NCBI RefSeq assembly: GCF_001652585.1
Contig: NZ_LWLG01000003.1
Span: 60,001-92,000, forward strand
Origin: Thermosulfurimonas dismutans
GTDB lineage: Bacteria > Desulfobacterota > Thermodesulfobacteria > Thermodesulfobacteriales > Thermodesulfobacteriaceae
Direction: 5' to 3'
Length of the DNA stretch: 32,000 bases
The notes beneath the pieces were generated by a model that saw nothing but the letters and a program-made list of their open reading frames with translations, was not told where the DNA came from and made no database searches. Both the position numbers and the translations under genes were made by a program. Positions 1 to 7,955 of the stretch are shown in pieces. The first letter of the stretch is position 1, and the number at the start of each line of letters is the position of its first letter.

Positions 1-387
1 ATAGAGGGTCCTCCTAGGATACATCGCACCGGGGTGTATTCGCACAGAGATCACCACGGGCTTGCGAAGGGTTTTTCCTACCATAATGTTGATAAAGTTG
101 GACAGTTCCAGGAAAGAGAGGAGAAGATCAGGGGCATTTCTTCGGGTTAGATTCAAATATCTAAAAAAAAGCAACGGCAGGATAGCGAGTTTTATCCAAT
201 AGGGAGTGTATAAGGAAAGTCTCGAGAGAGGACGATACGCTACTCCTCCACTGATATCATAAAAACAGTCCTTCTCCAGTCCATAAAAAAGAATACGGTG
301 TCTTTTGGCTAGCTCTCCCACCAGCGTTGCCGCCACCCTCTCCGCCCCTCCGGTAGTGAGAGAATTGATGAGGAATTGAAAAGTCAT
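1..387 (-). CDS. Glycosyltransferase family 4 (GT-B fold), N-terminal 129 codons; gene runs off the left edge
   Basis: Absent from the ORF track because it is truncated. Manual translation of the minus strand from ATG at 387 gives MTFQFLINSLTTGGAERVAATLVGELAKRHRILFYGLEKD... INSLxxGGAERV is the characteristic GT4 N-terminus. The frame stays open to nt 1. ATGA overlap with the stop of the upstream FkbM gene (384-387). Confidence 0.75.
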   Translation of the reverse strand, partial: MTFQFLINSLTTGGAERVAATLVGELAKRHRILFYGLEKDCFYDISGGVAYRPLSRLSLYTPYWIKLAILPLLFFRYLNLTRRNAPDLLLSFLELSNFINIMVGKTLRKPVVISVRIHPGAMYPRRTLY

Positions 388-1364
388 GGTTTAAGATAAT
401 ACATGTGAAAAGAAAAAAGACGATTGGATTGTTCAAAAAAAGTAGCTAAGGAGTCTATATCTTTAATTTCTTCTAATTGTTTGGCAAAAGGATTTAGAGT
501 TTTGAAGAGGTTGACTTTATTTTTAAAATACAAAGAAAATAAGATAGGATAGTCATAGATAACTTTTATTAACTTTCCTCCAAATTCTTTGAAAGTATTC
601 AAGAGCTTTAAAGTGTTCTTCTTTCCAATAATATGTGGATGCACCTCTAATACCAATCCGTAATTTTTTTGTTTGCAGAAAAAATCTTTAAAATGGCAAA
701 ACAGTTCATATTCATAACCTTCAACATCCATTCTTACTAAAAAGCTCTTAGAATTTAAAATGGTTTTATAATGATTTATTAAAGTCTCTAAACTAATAGT
801 CTGAACTTTTTCTAAGTAAAAATTTTTGAAAAAAGGTAAGGTCTTTAAAGAACTCCAATTACCTTGACTAGGGATCTTTATTTCAACCCATTCATCGGAA
901 CGCAAAGAAACAGCTTTTTTAATTAAAAAAGTTTTGCTTATTATATTTTCTTTAGCATTATTAAAAAAGAGATTCTCTTTAAGTAATTCAAAATTTCTAT
1001 GAACAGGCTCGACTGCAACAATATTACTTAGTGAATTCTCGAGTTCCAAGAGACAATAAAATCCTATATTAGCTCCAATATCAAAAATTACATCAAATTT
1101 ATGATTTTCCAAGAATTTCCTAAAAAATAACACATTATGTTCTTCTCTTATTCTAGCCAATAATAACTCATTTGTTATTCCTTCATCATTTAGATCTAAT
1201 ATCATAGAGAATTTATTAAAATATTTAGGTCTTAGAACAATAAACCTGACTCCTTTCTTTTTTAGAGTTCTTTTGAGTAAGCCAATTTTTAAAAAACACA
1301 AAACTTTTAAATAAGTATCTAAAATTTTTATACCAATTGTATAGAGATTAGAAAATATTAACAT
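384..1364 (-). CDS. FkbM-family SAM-dependent methyltransferase
   Basis: 326-aa ORF. It has the FDIGANIGFY SAM-binding motif, then AVEPVHRNFELLKEN, and later VRMDVEGYEYELF plus LEVHPH, which is the typical Methyltransf_21/FkbM layout. Very AT-rich gene (e.g. 661-720 is 14/60 GC). Confidence 0.85.
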   Translation of the reverse strand: MLIFSNLYTIGIKILDTYLKVLCFLKIGLLKRTLKKKGVRFIVLRPKYFNKFSMILDLNDEGITNELLLARIREEHNVLFFRKFLENHKFDVIFDIGANIGFYCLLELENSLSNIVAVEPVHRNFELLKENLFFNNAKENIISKTFLIKKAVSLRSDEWVEIKIPSQGNWSSLKTLPFFKNFYLEKVQTISLETLINHYKTILNSKSFLVRMDVEGYEYELFCHFKDFFCKQKNYGLVLEVHPHIIGKKNTLKLLNTFKEFGGKLIKVIYDYPILFSLYFKNKVNLFKTLNPFAKQLEEIKDIDSLATFFEQSNRLFSFHMYYLKP

Positions 1365-3270
1365 ATGTTTTGCCTGTATGCTCTATATAATTAAAATACC
1401 AATCTAAGAATAAAATAGTTCGGATTAAATAAACACGATAAAGAACAAATTTTTTGCTAAATAACGTATGATAATTTAAAAATTTGTATAATGTAAATGA
1501 CAGTCCTTCCAAAATACCCAAAGCCTGAGCAAGAAAGCTTTTTAGCCACTTCTCTCTCAAAATCCATTCTTCAATAGGAGGAATGAATCCCTGTTTACTC
1601 CTTTGAACGATGATTTCCGGCACAATATCCTTGATAATCTCCCGCATGAGCTTTTTGGTCTTGAAGAGATCCACCTTCCAGCAGGTAGGGATGCGCTGAC
1701 TGAATTCGACAAAGCGGTAGTCCAGAAAAGGGCTGCGCACCTCAAGAGCGTTAGCCATGGAGGCCCGATCAACCTTGGTCAAGAAATAGTCCGGAAGGGT
1801 GTTGTATAGGAGATCAAAAATGCGCAAGGCCTCGGCCAGAGAACCTCCGGCTTTTGGGAGGCAAAAACGAAGTTTTTCGGTGGTCCACTCCCGGTAAATC
1901 GGAGGACGATAGGCATCCTCAGGAAGAGAATCAGCAAAAAATCTCTCGGGCGGACTCAACGAAAGCCGAAAAGCTTCCTTCAGAAGATACAGATTAGACG
2001 AAGGATTTAAATTTTTACGAGCCGGAATTTTAGCCCCCAATTTCCGTAACCATCGAGGAAGTTTGTAAAGGATCTCCATGCGATAACCGTTTAAGTGGTC
2101 CCAGTATCCTCCAAATATTTCGTCTCCCCCGTCACCACTCAAAACTACCGTCACATGTCTTCGGGCCATCTCCGAGACTTTGTAGGTAGGAAAACCCGAA
2201 TAATCCCCAAAGGGTTCATCGTAAACCCGAGAGTAGATTTCTAATAGTTTTTCGAAATCTGGCTCTTTAAAATAATAGTGGTGGTGGCGGGTCCCAAAGG
2301 CTTCAACCCCTTCTCGTATGTAAGGGGTTTCGTCGTATTTTCCTTCAAATCCTATGGAGAAGGTATGAAGTTTGGATAGATCGGTAAACCTCCGCATCAT
2401 GCTTACAACCGAAGAGCTATCCAGCCCGCCACTCAAGAAGGCCCCCACCGGAACATCGCTTCGCATCCTTATCCTGACCGCATCCTGAATCAAAGCTTTT
2501 CCCTCTTCAATCAAGGCCTTCTTATCATAAAGAGGATCGTAGTCTGGAAGTTCCCAGTAATAGCTCTTCCAGAGCCTCTTAGTGGCCAAATCCAGAAAGA
2601 GATTCTGGCGAGCCTCAAGCTTTTGAATCCCTCGATAAATACTCCAGGGAGCCGGAATGAAACCCAGACTGAAGTATAGCTCCAGGGCTTCGGAATCCAG
2701 GTTTTCCAGACTGTTCAAAGGCTTTACCGCCAGGATGCCCTTAAGCTCGGAGGAGAAGATGAATTCCTTCCCGTTCCAAAAATAGTAGAATGGTTTGACC
2801 CCCAGACGGTCTCTCGAGCAAAAAAGCCTGCCTTTCCGCCGATCCAGGATGCAAAAGCTCCACATTCCATTGAAGCGCTCCACACACCGAGGTCCAAACC
2901 GAGCATAAGTTTTAAGAATAACCTCAGTATCAGTGCCAGTTTCAGTAAGGAGCCCTAGTTCCTCTTTAAGTTCCAAGTAATTGTAAACTTCCCCGTTGTA
3001 AACAATGACAAAATCGGCCCGATGGAGGTCTTGTTCCTCCCAAATAACACGGTCATCCTCCACGCTGTAACCCATGGGCTGGTGGCCCCTCACGGAAAGA
3101 TCTAGGATGGCTAGTCTCACATGGCCCAGACCTACCGAGAAAGAATTCGAATTCCATAGAAACATCCCTTCGTCATCCGGTCCCCGATGTCTTATAACTC
3201 TATTCATGTACTTAATTTCTTCTGTCTCAATTCGTTCCTCAAATCTCACGATGCCATTGATGCCACACAT
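1348..3270 (-). CDS. asnB: Asparagine synthase (glutamine-hydrolysing) family amidotransferase, glycan-locus type
   Basis: 640 aa. N-terminal MCGI with the Cys2 nucleophile of Ntn class-II glutamine amidotransferases. SGGLDSS PP-loop ATP pyrophosphatase motif. TAATG coupling to the upstream gene at 3268-3272. Confidence 0.9.
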   Translation of the reverse strand: MCGINGIVRFEERIETEEIKYMNRVIRHRGPDDEGMFLWNSNSFSVGLGHVRLAILDLSVRGHQPMGYSVEDDRVIWEEQDLHRADFVIVYNGEVYNYLELKEELGLLTETGTDTEVILKTYARFGPRCVERFNGMWSFCILDRRKGRLFCSRDRLGVKPFYYFWNGKEFIFSSELKGILAVKPLNSLENLDSEALELYFSLGFIPAPWSIYRGIQKLEARQNLFLDLATKRLWKSYYWELPDYDPLYDKKALIEEGKALIQDAVRIRMRSDVPVGAFLSGGLDSSSVVSMMRRFTDLSKLHTFSIGFEGKYDETPYIREGVEAFGTRHHHYYFKEPDFEKLLEIYSRVYDEPFGDYSGFPTYKVSEMARRHVTVVLSGDGGDEIFGGYWDHLNGYRMEILYKLPRWLRKLGAKIPARKNLNPSSNLYLLKEAFRLSLSPPERFFADSLPEDAYRPPIYREWTTEKLRFCLPKAGGSLAEALRIFDLLYNTLPDYFLTKVDRASMANALEVRSPFLDYRFVEFSQRIPTCWKVDLFKTKKLMREIIKDIVPEIIVQRSKQGFIPPIEEWILREKWLKSFLAQALGILEGLSFTLYKFLNYHTLFSKKFVLYRVYLIRTILFLDWYFNYIEHTGKTYVNIF

Positions 3271-3611
3271 TAGTAATCTTCAACTTTTTCTTTTTTCTTT
3301 AAAATGCTCAGTTCCTGAATTAAACGTCTGATTTTTTTTTCTTTTTTGGTAAGTTCTATGTCCTGAGTTAAGCTTTTCACAAAGAGTAAAAGGATAGCCA
3401 TAGTTACGGGTAAAATAGGGTAATACTCTACTCCCAGGCGCGAAGCTAGCCATATATTTAGTTGGGGGAAGATTCCTAATACTAAGATTATTACAGCCAT
3501 GCTAAGCCAAAAGAGGCTATAAGATAGATAAATTAGGTTTTTTCTAACCAAAAAAAATATGACCAAAGAAGTGCCGATGGCTAAGGTTATTATTAAAAGG
3601 TTAACCGTCAT
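3270..3611 (-). CDS. Small 3-TM membrane protein, DUF2304-like, with Lys/Glu-rich C-terminal tail
   Basis: 113 aa. Three hydrophobic segments (about 4-22, 30-48, 62-80), then KKEKKIRRLIQELSILKKKEKVEDY. Size, topology and position directly after a short GT2 fit my recollection of DUF2304. ATGA overlap with the GT2 stop (3608-3611). Confidence 0.65.
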   Translation of the reverse strand: MTVNLLIITLAIGTSLVIFFLVRKNLIYLSYSLFWLSMAVIILVLGIFPQLNIWLASRLGVEYYPILPVTMAILLLFVKSLTQDIELTKKEKKIRRLIQELSILKKKEKVEDY

Positions 3612-4282
3612 ATTATCCTCCTTTTGGATACAGAGAGAATGAGAGAAAGGGCAAGATAATGAGCGATTTTGAAAGGAGAAGAGAAAAGTTTAGAAGTTCC
3701 TCCTCTACGGTTACAGATTCTTACCGGCACTTCGAGCATCTTAAGACCGTAATGGTTAAGAAGCATCAGAGAGGCAAGATCAGCATTGTCTAGGATGACC
3801 AGATCTTCTTTGATTAAGAGGGAAACAGCCCTTTGGGAATAAGCCCTGAAACCCGAAGTGAGATCCTTTACTTTTACTCCCGTGAGAATCCGAAAAATCT
3901 TCCAAGCTAGCTTTTTGGCTATTCCTCCCCTTTCAAGACAGGCACCTATGACTACCTCGGCCTTTTTCTCTTTTAAGGGAGGCAGTAACTTGGAAACTGC
4001 CTCGGGAGGATGCTGGCCGTCGGCATCCATAGTTACGAAATACTCAAAACCTTTTCGATAACCGTAAAGAAATCCGGTTTGAAGGGCCCCCCAGTATCCA
4101 AGTTTAAGGGGTAAATCCAAAACCGTAGCTCCAGCTTTTAGAGCCTCTTTCGCAGTTCCATCGGTACTTCTGTCATTAATTACTACAATTTCCACATCTT
4201 TTAAAATTTGCTTTATTCCAAGAATGACTTCTTTGATTGTCGTTTCTTCGTTAAAAGCTGGAATAATTATTATGGTGTCCAT
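3608..4282 (-). CDS. GT2 glycosyltransferase, DPM1/GtrB-like polyprenyl-phosphate hexosyltransferase
   Basis: 224 aa. IIIPAFNEETTI start, INDRSTDGT, DADGQH (DxD) motif. Short soluble-type GT-A domain. Confidence 0.85.
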   Translation of the reverse strand: MDTIIIIPAFNEETTIKEVILGIKQILKDVEIVVINDRSTDGTAKEALKAGATVLDLPLKLGYWGALQTGFLYGYRKGFEYFVTMDADGQHPPEAVSKLLPPLKEKKAEVVIGACLERGGIAKKLAWKIFRILTGVKVKDLTSGFRAYSQRAVSLLIKEDLVILDNADLASLMLLNHYGLKMLEVPVRICNRRGGTSKLFSSPFKIAHYLALSLILSVSKRRII

Positions 4283-6351
4283 TTAACTTTGTAAACTACC
4301 ATAAAGGGAAAATCGTCCAGTACGAGTTCGAAAAATTTAGGGTCGTAGTTTTTAAGGATGTACATCTGGTTGAAATTACTCCTGAAGGAGCGTTCGTCCG
4401 CGAGATAGAAAGTCTGACCATAGCGCGAATTTACCACCTCAAGGATTAAACCTCTTGAATCGAAAGAAGTTTTCTGAAGAACTTTGTCCTTCCCGGAAAT
4501 TACTAGAATCTTAGAAAGATTAAACCAACGCGAACCCAACCTTACCGTTCCTTTTTTCAGGTCTAATACGCTGTTTTTACAAAAGAGAAGTCCAGTCTTG
4601 GAAGCTCTTCGACAAGGATTAAGATCATAGACAAAACCGAAGTGACCTTTGCGAGATCCGAAATTCCAAGTGCCGAAATAACCGATCCAGCCGTATTTGA
4701 GCGGGAGGTCTTGGGTGAAGACCCAGTAAACGGGATGGTTCAGGCTTTGATAGAATTTTCCCTGTTTGATGTTCTCCGTGAGTTCTTTAGCTGAAAGTTT
4801 ATCTTCTTTAAGTCGTTTTTTGATACCGGTTAAGCCCTCACGTGCTAGATAAGCAATAATGTGATAAGCCTCTTCCGGGGAAGAGGAAGCAAAACTCAAG
4901 GCTACATAGTAAGTTTTAGGAGAGGTTTGAGAGCCCCCGTCAATAAACACTCCTCGCCTGGAAAAATAACTAAAAGCATATCCATAATCCCACCAAGTCC
5001 ATATCCAGGCCTCGGGAGGCGTTATCTCACCAAGTTTCTTCATATCCCGGGCTACAAAAGCATTTACTTTAGGTAAGGCTACATAGGCCCGGCTGTTCTT
5101 CTGAGCCCAGAAGATAAGGACGCCCAGAATTACGGTTATCAAAAGAATAGCCAGGTTTTTTAAAGAATCTGCGACTTTAAGGTTCAGGATCCGTGAACTT
5201 TTTTCGATCAGGAAGTGAATCAAAAAACCAAGGCCCATCCCTATAAAAGGGGCGAGATACATGGCAAACCGGTTTCCGGAACGGAATACCAAAAGTCCAA
5301 TCAAAAAATAAGGCAAAAGGAAAAATAGGTATTTTCTTTCACGCACAAAAAAGGATGACATCCCTAACAGCCCTATTATAAAGAGAATCCTGTTATGAAG
5401 AGTAAGTGCAGCCACTTGATTTATGCTTTTAGATTGTTGAAGCTCTGAAATAGATTGCATAATATTGGGAAAGTCCCCGAAAAATCCTTCTTGAGCGGGA
5501 GAAACAATGTTTACCAGTAGATTTTTCAAATAATTGAACATGCTAAGGGGAGACTTCCATAGGTACCACATATTAGGTACAAGTAGAATGATCAAGGCTA
5601 CTATGTCCTTTTTTTCTAATCGGCCTTTTTTTTCGAAAAGCAGAACCGCAATAAAAGTGCACACCATGACAAACATAAGATGGGATACGGGATACCAGAA
5701 GAAGAAAATAAGAAGCAAAATTGAAGCTATGGTTGCCCAGAGAAGCGGCCTTCGGCCGCGGAAGTACATGGCCAGAGCCCAGGCGATGGCGAAAGGGAAA
5801 AAGAGGTTGAGGGAGTCGGTGTCGAAGCGGGCGATGCTGGTGCGGATCACATAGATCAGGGCCGTAACCCCGCAAAGCCCGCCCAGAAGCCCGGCCGCAG
5901 TGTAGCCCAGGCTCTCAAGGTAGAGAAACAGGGGGATCACGAAAAGCACCGCCGTTATGGGAGTGTAGTAGAGGGCCAGCTTCTCAAGAGGTACCCCGAA
6001 CCAGTCCGAGAGCTTGGCCGCGGAAAAGCTCATGAGGGGCACCGGGAAGGGATAGGTGATGTTGTCCGTGAGGTAATTGTCGGGCACGAAGCGGTAGGGG
6101 TCGCGTTTTCCCGCCCGATAACGGCCCTCCTGCCAGTCGCGGGCAAGCCGCGCGAAGTAAAAGGCGTCGTAGGAGGTGAAAATGGGGCGATTTTCCTCAA
6201 GATACCAGATATTTTTCCTCTTTTCCCAGACCCGTAGATCGTCGAAACGCAGGGCAAGCCCCGCGCCCATAACCAGGAGAACCAGGAGGAGTTTGAGGGC
6301 GACGACGACCCTCTTGGAATTACCCGAACTTGTAGGCCACGCCGTAACCAC
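4270..6351 (-). CDS. pglB: STT3/PglB-type oligosaccharyltransferase (GT-C fold)
   Basis: 693 aa, polytopic N-terminal half plus soluble C-terminal domain. WWDYG verified in the DNA (minus 4995-4981 = TGG TGG GAT TAT GGA). YDAFYFARLARD (D62), FDTD (D177/D179), SISEL (E303), NRF (R361). GTG start at 6351 overlaps the fixX 3' end by 32 nt. The next in-frame ATG (residue 28) would cut TM1, so the GTG is preferred, but the start is uncertain. Confidence 0.85.
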   Translation of the reverse strand: MVTAWPTSSGNSKRVVVALKLLLVLLVMGAGLALRFDDLRVWEKRKNIWYLEENRPIFTSYDAFYFARLARDWQEGRYRAGKRDPYRFVPDNYLTDNITYPFPVPLMSFSAAKLSDWFGVPLEKLALYYTPITAVLFVIPLFLYLESLGYTAAGLLGGLCGVTALIYVIRTSIARFDTDSLNLFFPFAIAWALAMYFRGRRPLLWATIASILLLIFFFWYPVSHLMFVMVCTFIAVLLFEKKGRLEKKDIVALIILLVPNMWYLWKSPLSMFNYLKNLLVNIVSPAQEGFFGDFPNIMQSISELQQSKSINQVAALTLHNRILFIIGLLGMSSFFVRERKYLFFLLPYFLIGLLVFRSGNRFAMYLAPFIGMGLGFLIHFLIEKSSRILNLKVADSLKNLAILLITVILGVLIFWAQKNSRAYVALPKVNAFVARDMKKLGEITPPEAWIWTWWDYGYAFSYFSRRGVFIDGGSQTSPKTYYVALSFASSSPEEAYHIIAYLAREGLTGIKKRLKEDKLSAKELTENIKQGKFYQSLNHPVYWVFTQDLPLKYGWIGYFGTWNFGSRKGHFGFVYDLNPCRRASKTGLLFCKNSVLDLKKGTVRLGSRWFNLSKILVISGKDKVLQKTSFDSRGLILEVVNSRYGQTFYLADERSFRSNFNQMYILKNYDPKFFELVLDDFPFMVVYKVKWTP

Positions 6352-6616
6352 CCCGGGGGTAGTCCCACTCGATGTTTAAATAAGGACAGGCCACCCTACA
6401 AGAACCACACTCCACACAGGCCTGATAACCCACGGTGATCTCTCCCTGCCGGTCAAGCCGATAAACCCCTGCCGGACAGAAGGAGAGACAGGGTTTCTCT
6501 AGACAACTCTTACAGATTTTGGGATTTTTGATTTTTAAGTGGACGTATTCTTCATCCACATAGTACTTGAGGGTAAAGATCCTGTCGTCAATGTTTACTT
6601 TGGGCAACGGTTTCAT
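6320..6616 (-). CDS. fixX: FixX-type ferredoxin-like protein
   Basis: 98 aa. Cys clusters CKSCLEKPCLSFCPAGVY and CVECGSCRVACP. C-terminal WDYPRGGYGVAYKFG typical of FixX. Confidence 0.85.
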   Translation of the reverse strand: MKPLPKVNIDDRIFTLKYYVDEEYVHLKIKNPKICKSCLEKPCLSFCPAGVYRLDRQGEITVGYQACVECGSCRVACPYLNIEWDYPRGGYGVAYKFG

Positions 6617-6617
6617 T

Positions 6618-7955
6618 TTACCATCCCTTAAAGAACCTGAAGGTTTTTACAAAGTCCCGGAGGAGACCGGTGAGGCCACGCCTCTTTCTAAACAACCCAA
6701 AGATTTCCTGGAAGACCTCCTCCTTGGCCCGTCCCTGGGCGGAAAGATAGAGATGCAGCACCCGATTGATGATTTCCGGATAATCCGCAAATAGACTCCG
6801 GTTCTCTCGTAGGAACTTCTTGAGCCTGCGGAAATACTTTAGATCCCGGTAGATATAGCTTTCCCTGAAGGCCTCCTCATAGAGTTTGAGCGTCTCGTGG
6901 CCAAAGTCTCCTTTCTCATGGGCGAAGACCGCGGCCTTCCCAGCCATGATACCGGAGTAGATGGCCAGATTGGTACCCTCCCTGAAGAGCGGGTTCACCA
7001 GGCCAGCGGCGTCTCCTACTACCATGACCCCTTCGCCGCAAAGCCTCGGAAGACCCTCAAGTCCCCATTCTGGAATGAGATGGGCCCCGTACTCCAGGGT
7101 TTCTCCCCCTGAAAGTAGCCTAGCCATAACAGGATGTTTTTTAAGATTTTCCAAAAGCTCATAGGGCTTTAAGCCCTTTTCGGCAAAGTCCGAAAGAAAA
7201 AGCCCCACGCCCAAGGACACGGAAGTGGTGTTGGTGTAAAGGAATCCGCTTCCCGGAAAGCCCAGAGTGGCCTCCCCTAGGAGTTCCACCGCGAGGCCTT
7301 CATCCTCGGAAAGTCCGAAGCGTTTTTCTACCTCGCCCTTGGGAAGCTGGATAACCTCTTTTACTGAAAGCGCCACCTCCTCCGGGGTGAAATCCCGCGG
7401 AATGAGGCCGGCCTTCTGGGTAAGGAGACGATTTACCCCCTCAGAGATAATGGTCACCGGAGCTCGCACCTCGGCCAGCTCCGAACTCTCCCAGTCCCGT
7501 GGTCTATCAACTAATACTCCCGAGACTTTGCCGTTTGCACAGATGAGATCTAGAACCTTTACCTTGGGTATAACCAGTACGCCAGCCTCTTCGGCCTTTT
7601 GGGCCAGCCAGGGATCAAACCGGGCCCTGAAGGCCGTGTAAGCCCGGGGCGGTTTTTCATAAAGGCCCTTTTCCGTGTGAGTGATCTTCACCACCCCGTC
7701 TTCGGAAAGGAGCCACCAACCCTCCTCCGTTACCGGACGTTCAAAGGGGAGTCTTTTTTCCGAAAAGAGGTCCGGTGCGAGACTTAATACGGATTCCGTG
7801 TAGACCACACCCCCGAAGAGATTTTTGGCCCCGGCAAAACGTCCTCTCTCAAGAAGGATGACGGAAAGACCATGCCGAGCGCAGGTCATGGCCGCGGAAA
7901 GACCCGCTGGCCCTCCTCCTACCACTACTACATCGTAGCGGAAGCTATTGCTCAT
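6618..7955 (-). CDS. fixC: FixC-type FAD-dependent oxidoreductase (ETF-quinone oxidoreductase-like)
   Basis: 445 aa. N-terminal YDVVVVGGGPAGLSAA dinucleotide-binding motif. Sits between etfA and fixX. Confidence 0.85.
   Translation of the reverse strand: MSNSFRYDVVVVGGGPAGLSAAMTCARHGLSVILLERGRFAGAKNLFGGVVYTESVLSLAPDLFSEKRLPFERPVTEEGWWLLSEDGVVKITHTEKGLYEKPPRAYTAFRARFDPWLAQKAEEAGVLVIPKVKVLDLICANGKVSGVLVDRPRDWESSELAEVRAPVTIISEGVNRLLTQKAGLIPRDFTPEEVALSVKEVIQLPKGEVEKRFGLSEDEGLAVELLGEATLGFPGSGFLYTNTTSVSLGVGLFLSDFAEKGLKPYELLENLKKHPVMARLLSGGETLEYGAHLIPEWGLEGLPRLCGEGVMVVGDAAGLVNPLFREGTNLAIYSGIMAGKAAVFAHEKGDFGHETLKLYEEAFRESYIYRDLKYFRRLKKFLRENRSLFADYPEIINRVLHLYLSAQGRAKEEVFQEIFGLFRKRRGLTGLLRDFVKTFRFFKGW

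Noticed and set aside
388-1500. AT-rich segments (this one and 28600-30070) as an inserted mobile element, prophage remnant or genomic island
   Set aside because: I could see no integrase, transposase, tRNA target, or flanking direct or inverted repeats. The boundaries fall in-frame inside functional genes, which fits allelic or cassette recombination (or an assembly chimera) better than element insertion.
6270-6351. Alternative later start (ATG at residue 28) for pglB, which would avoid the 32-nt overlap with fixX
   Set aside because: It would remove most of the first transmembrane helix (VVVALKLLLVLLVMGAGLAL) that PglB/STT3 enzymes require upstream of the first periplasmic loop. The GTG at 6351 is kept, but the start remains unverified.
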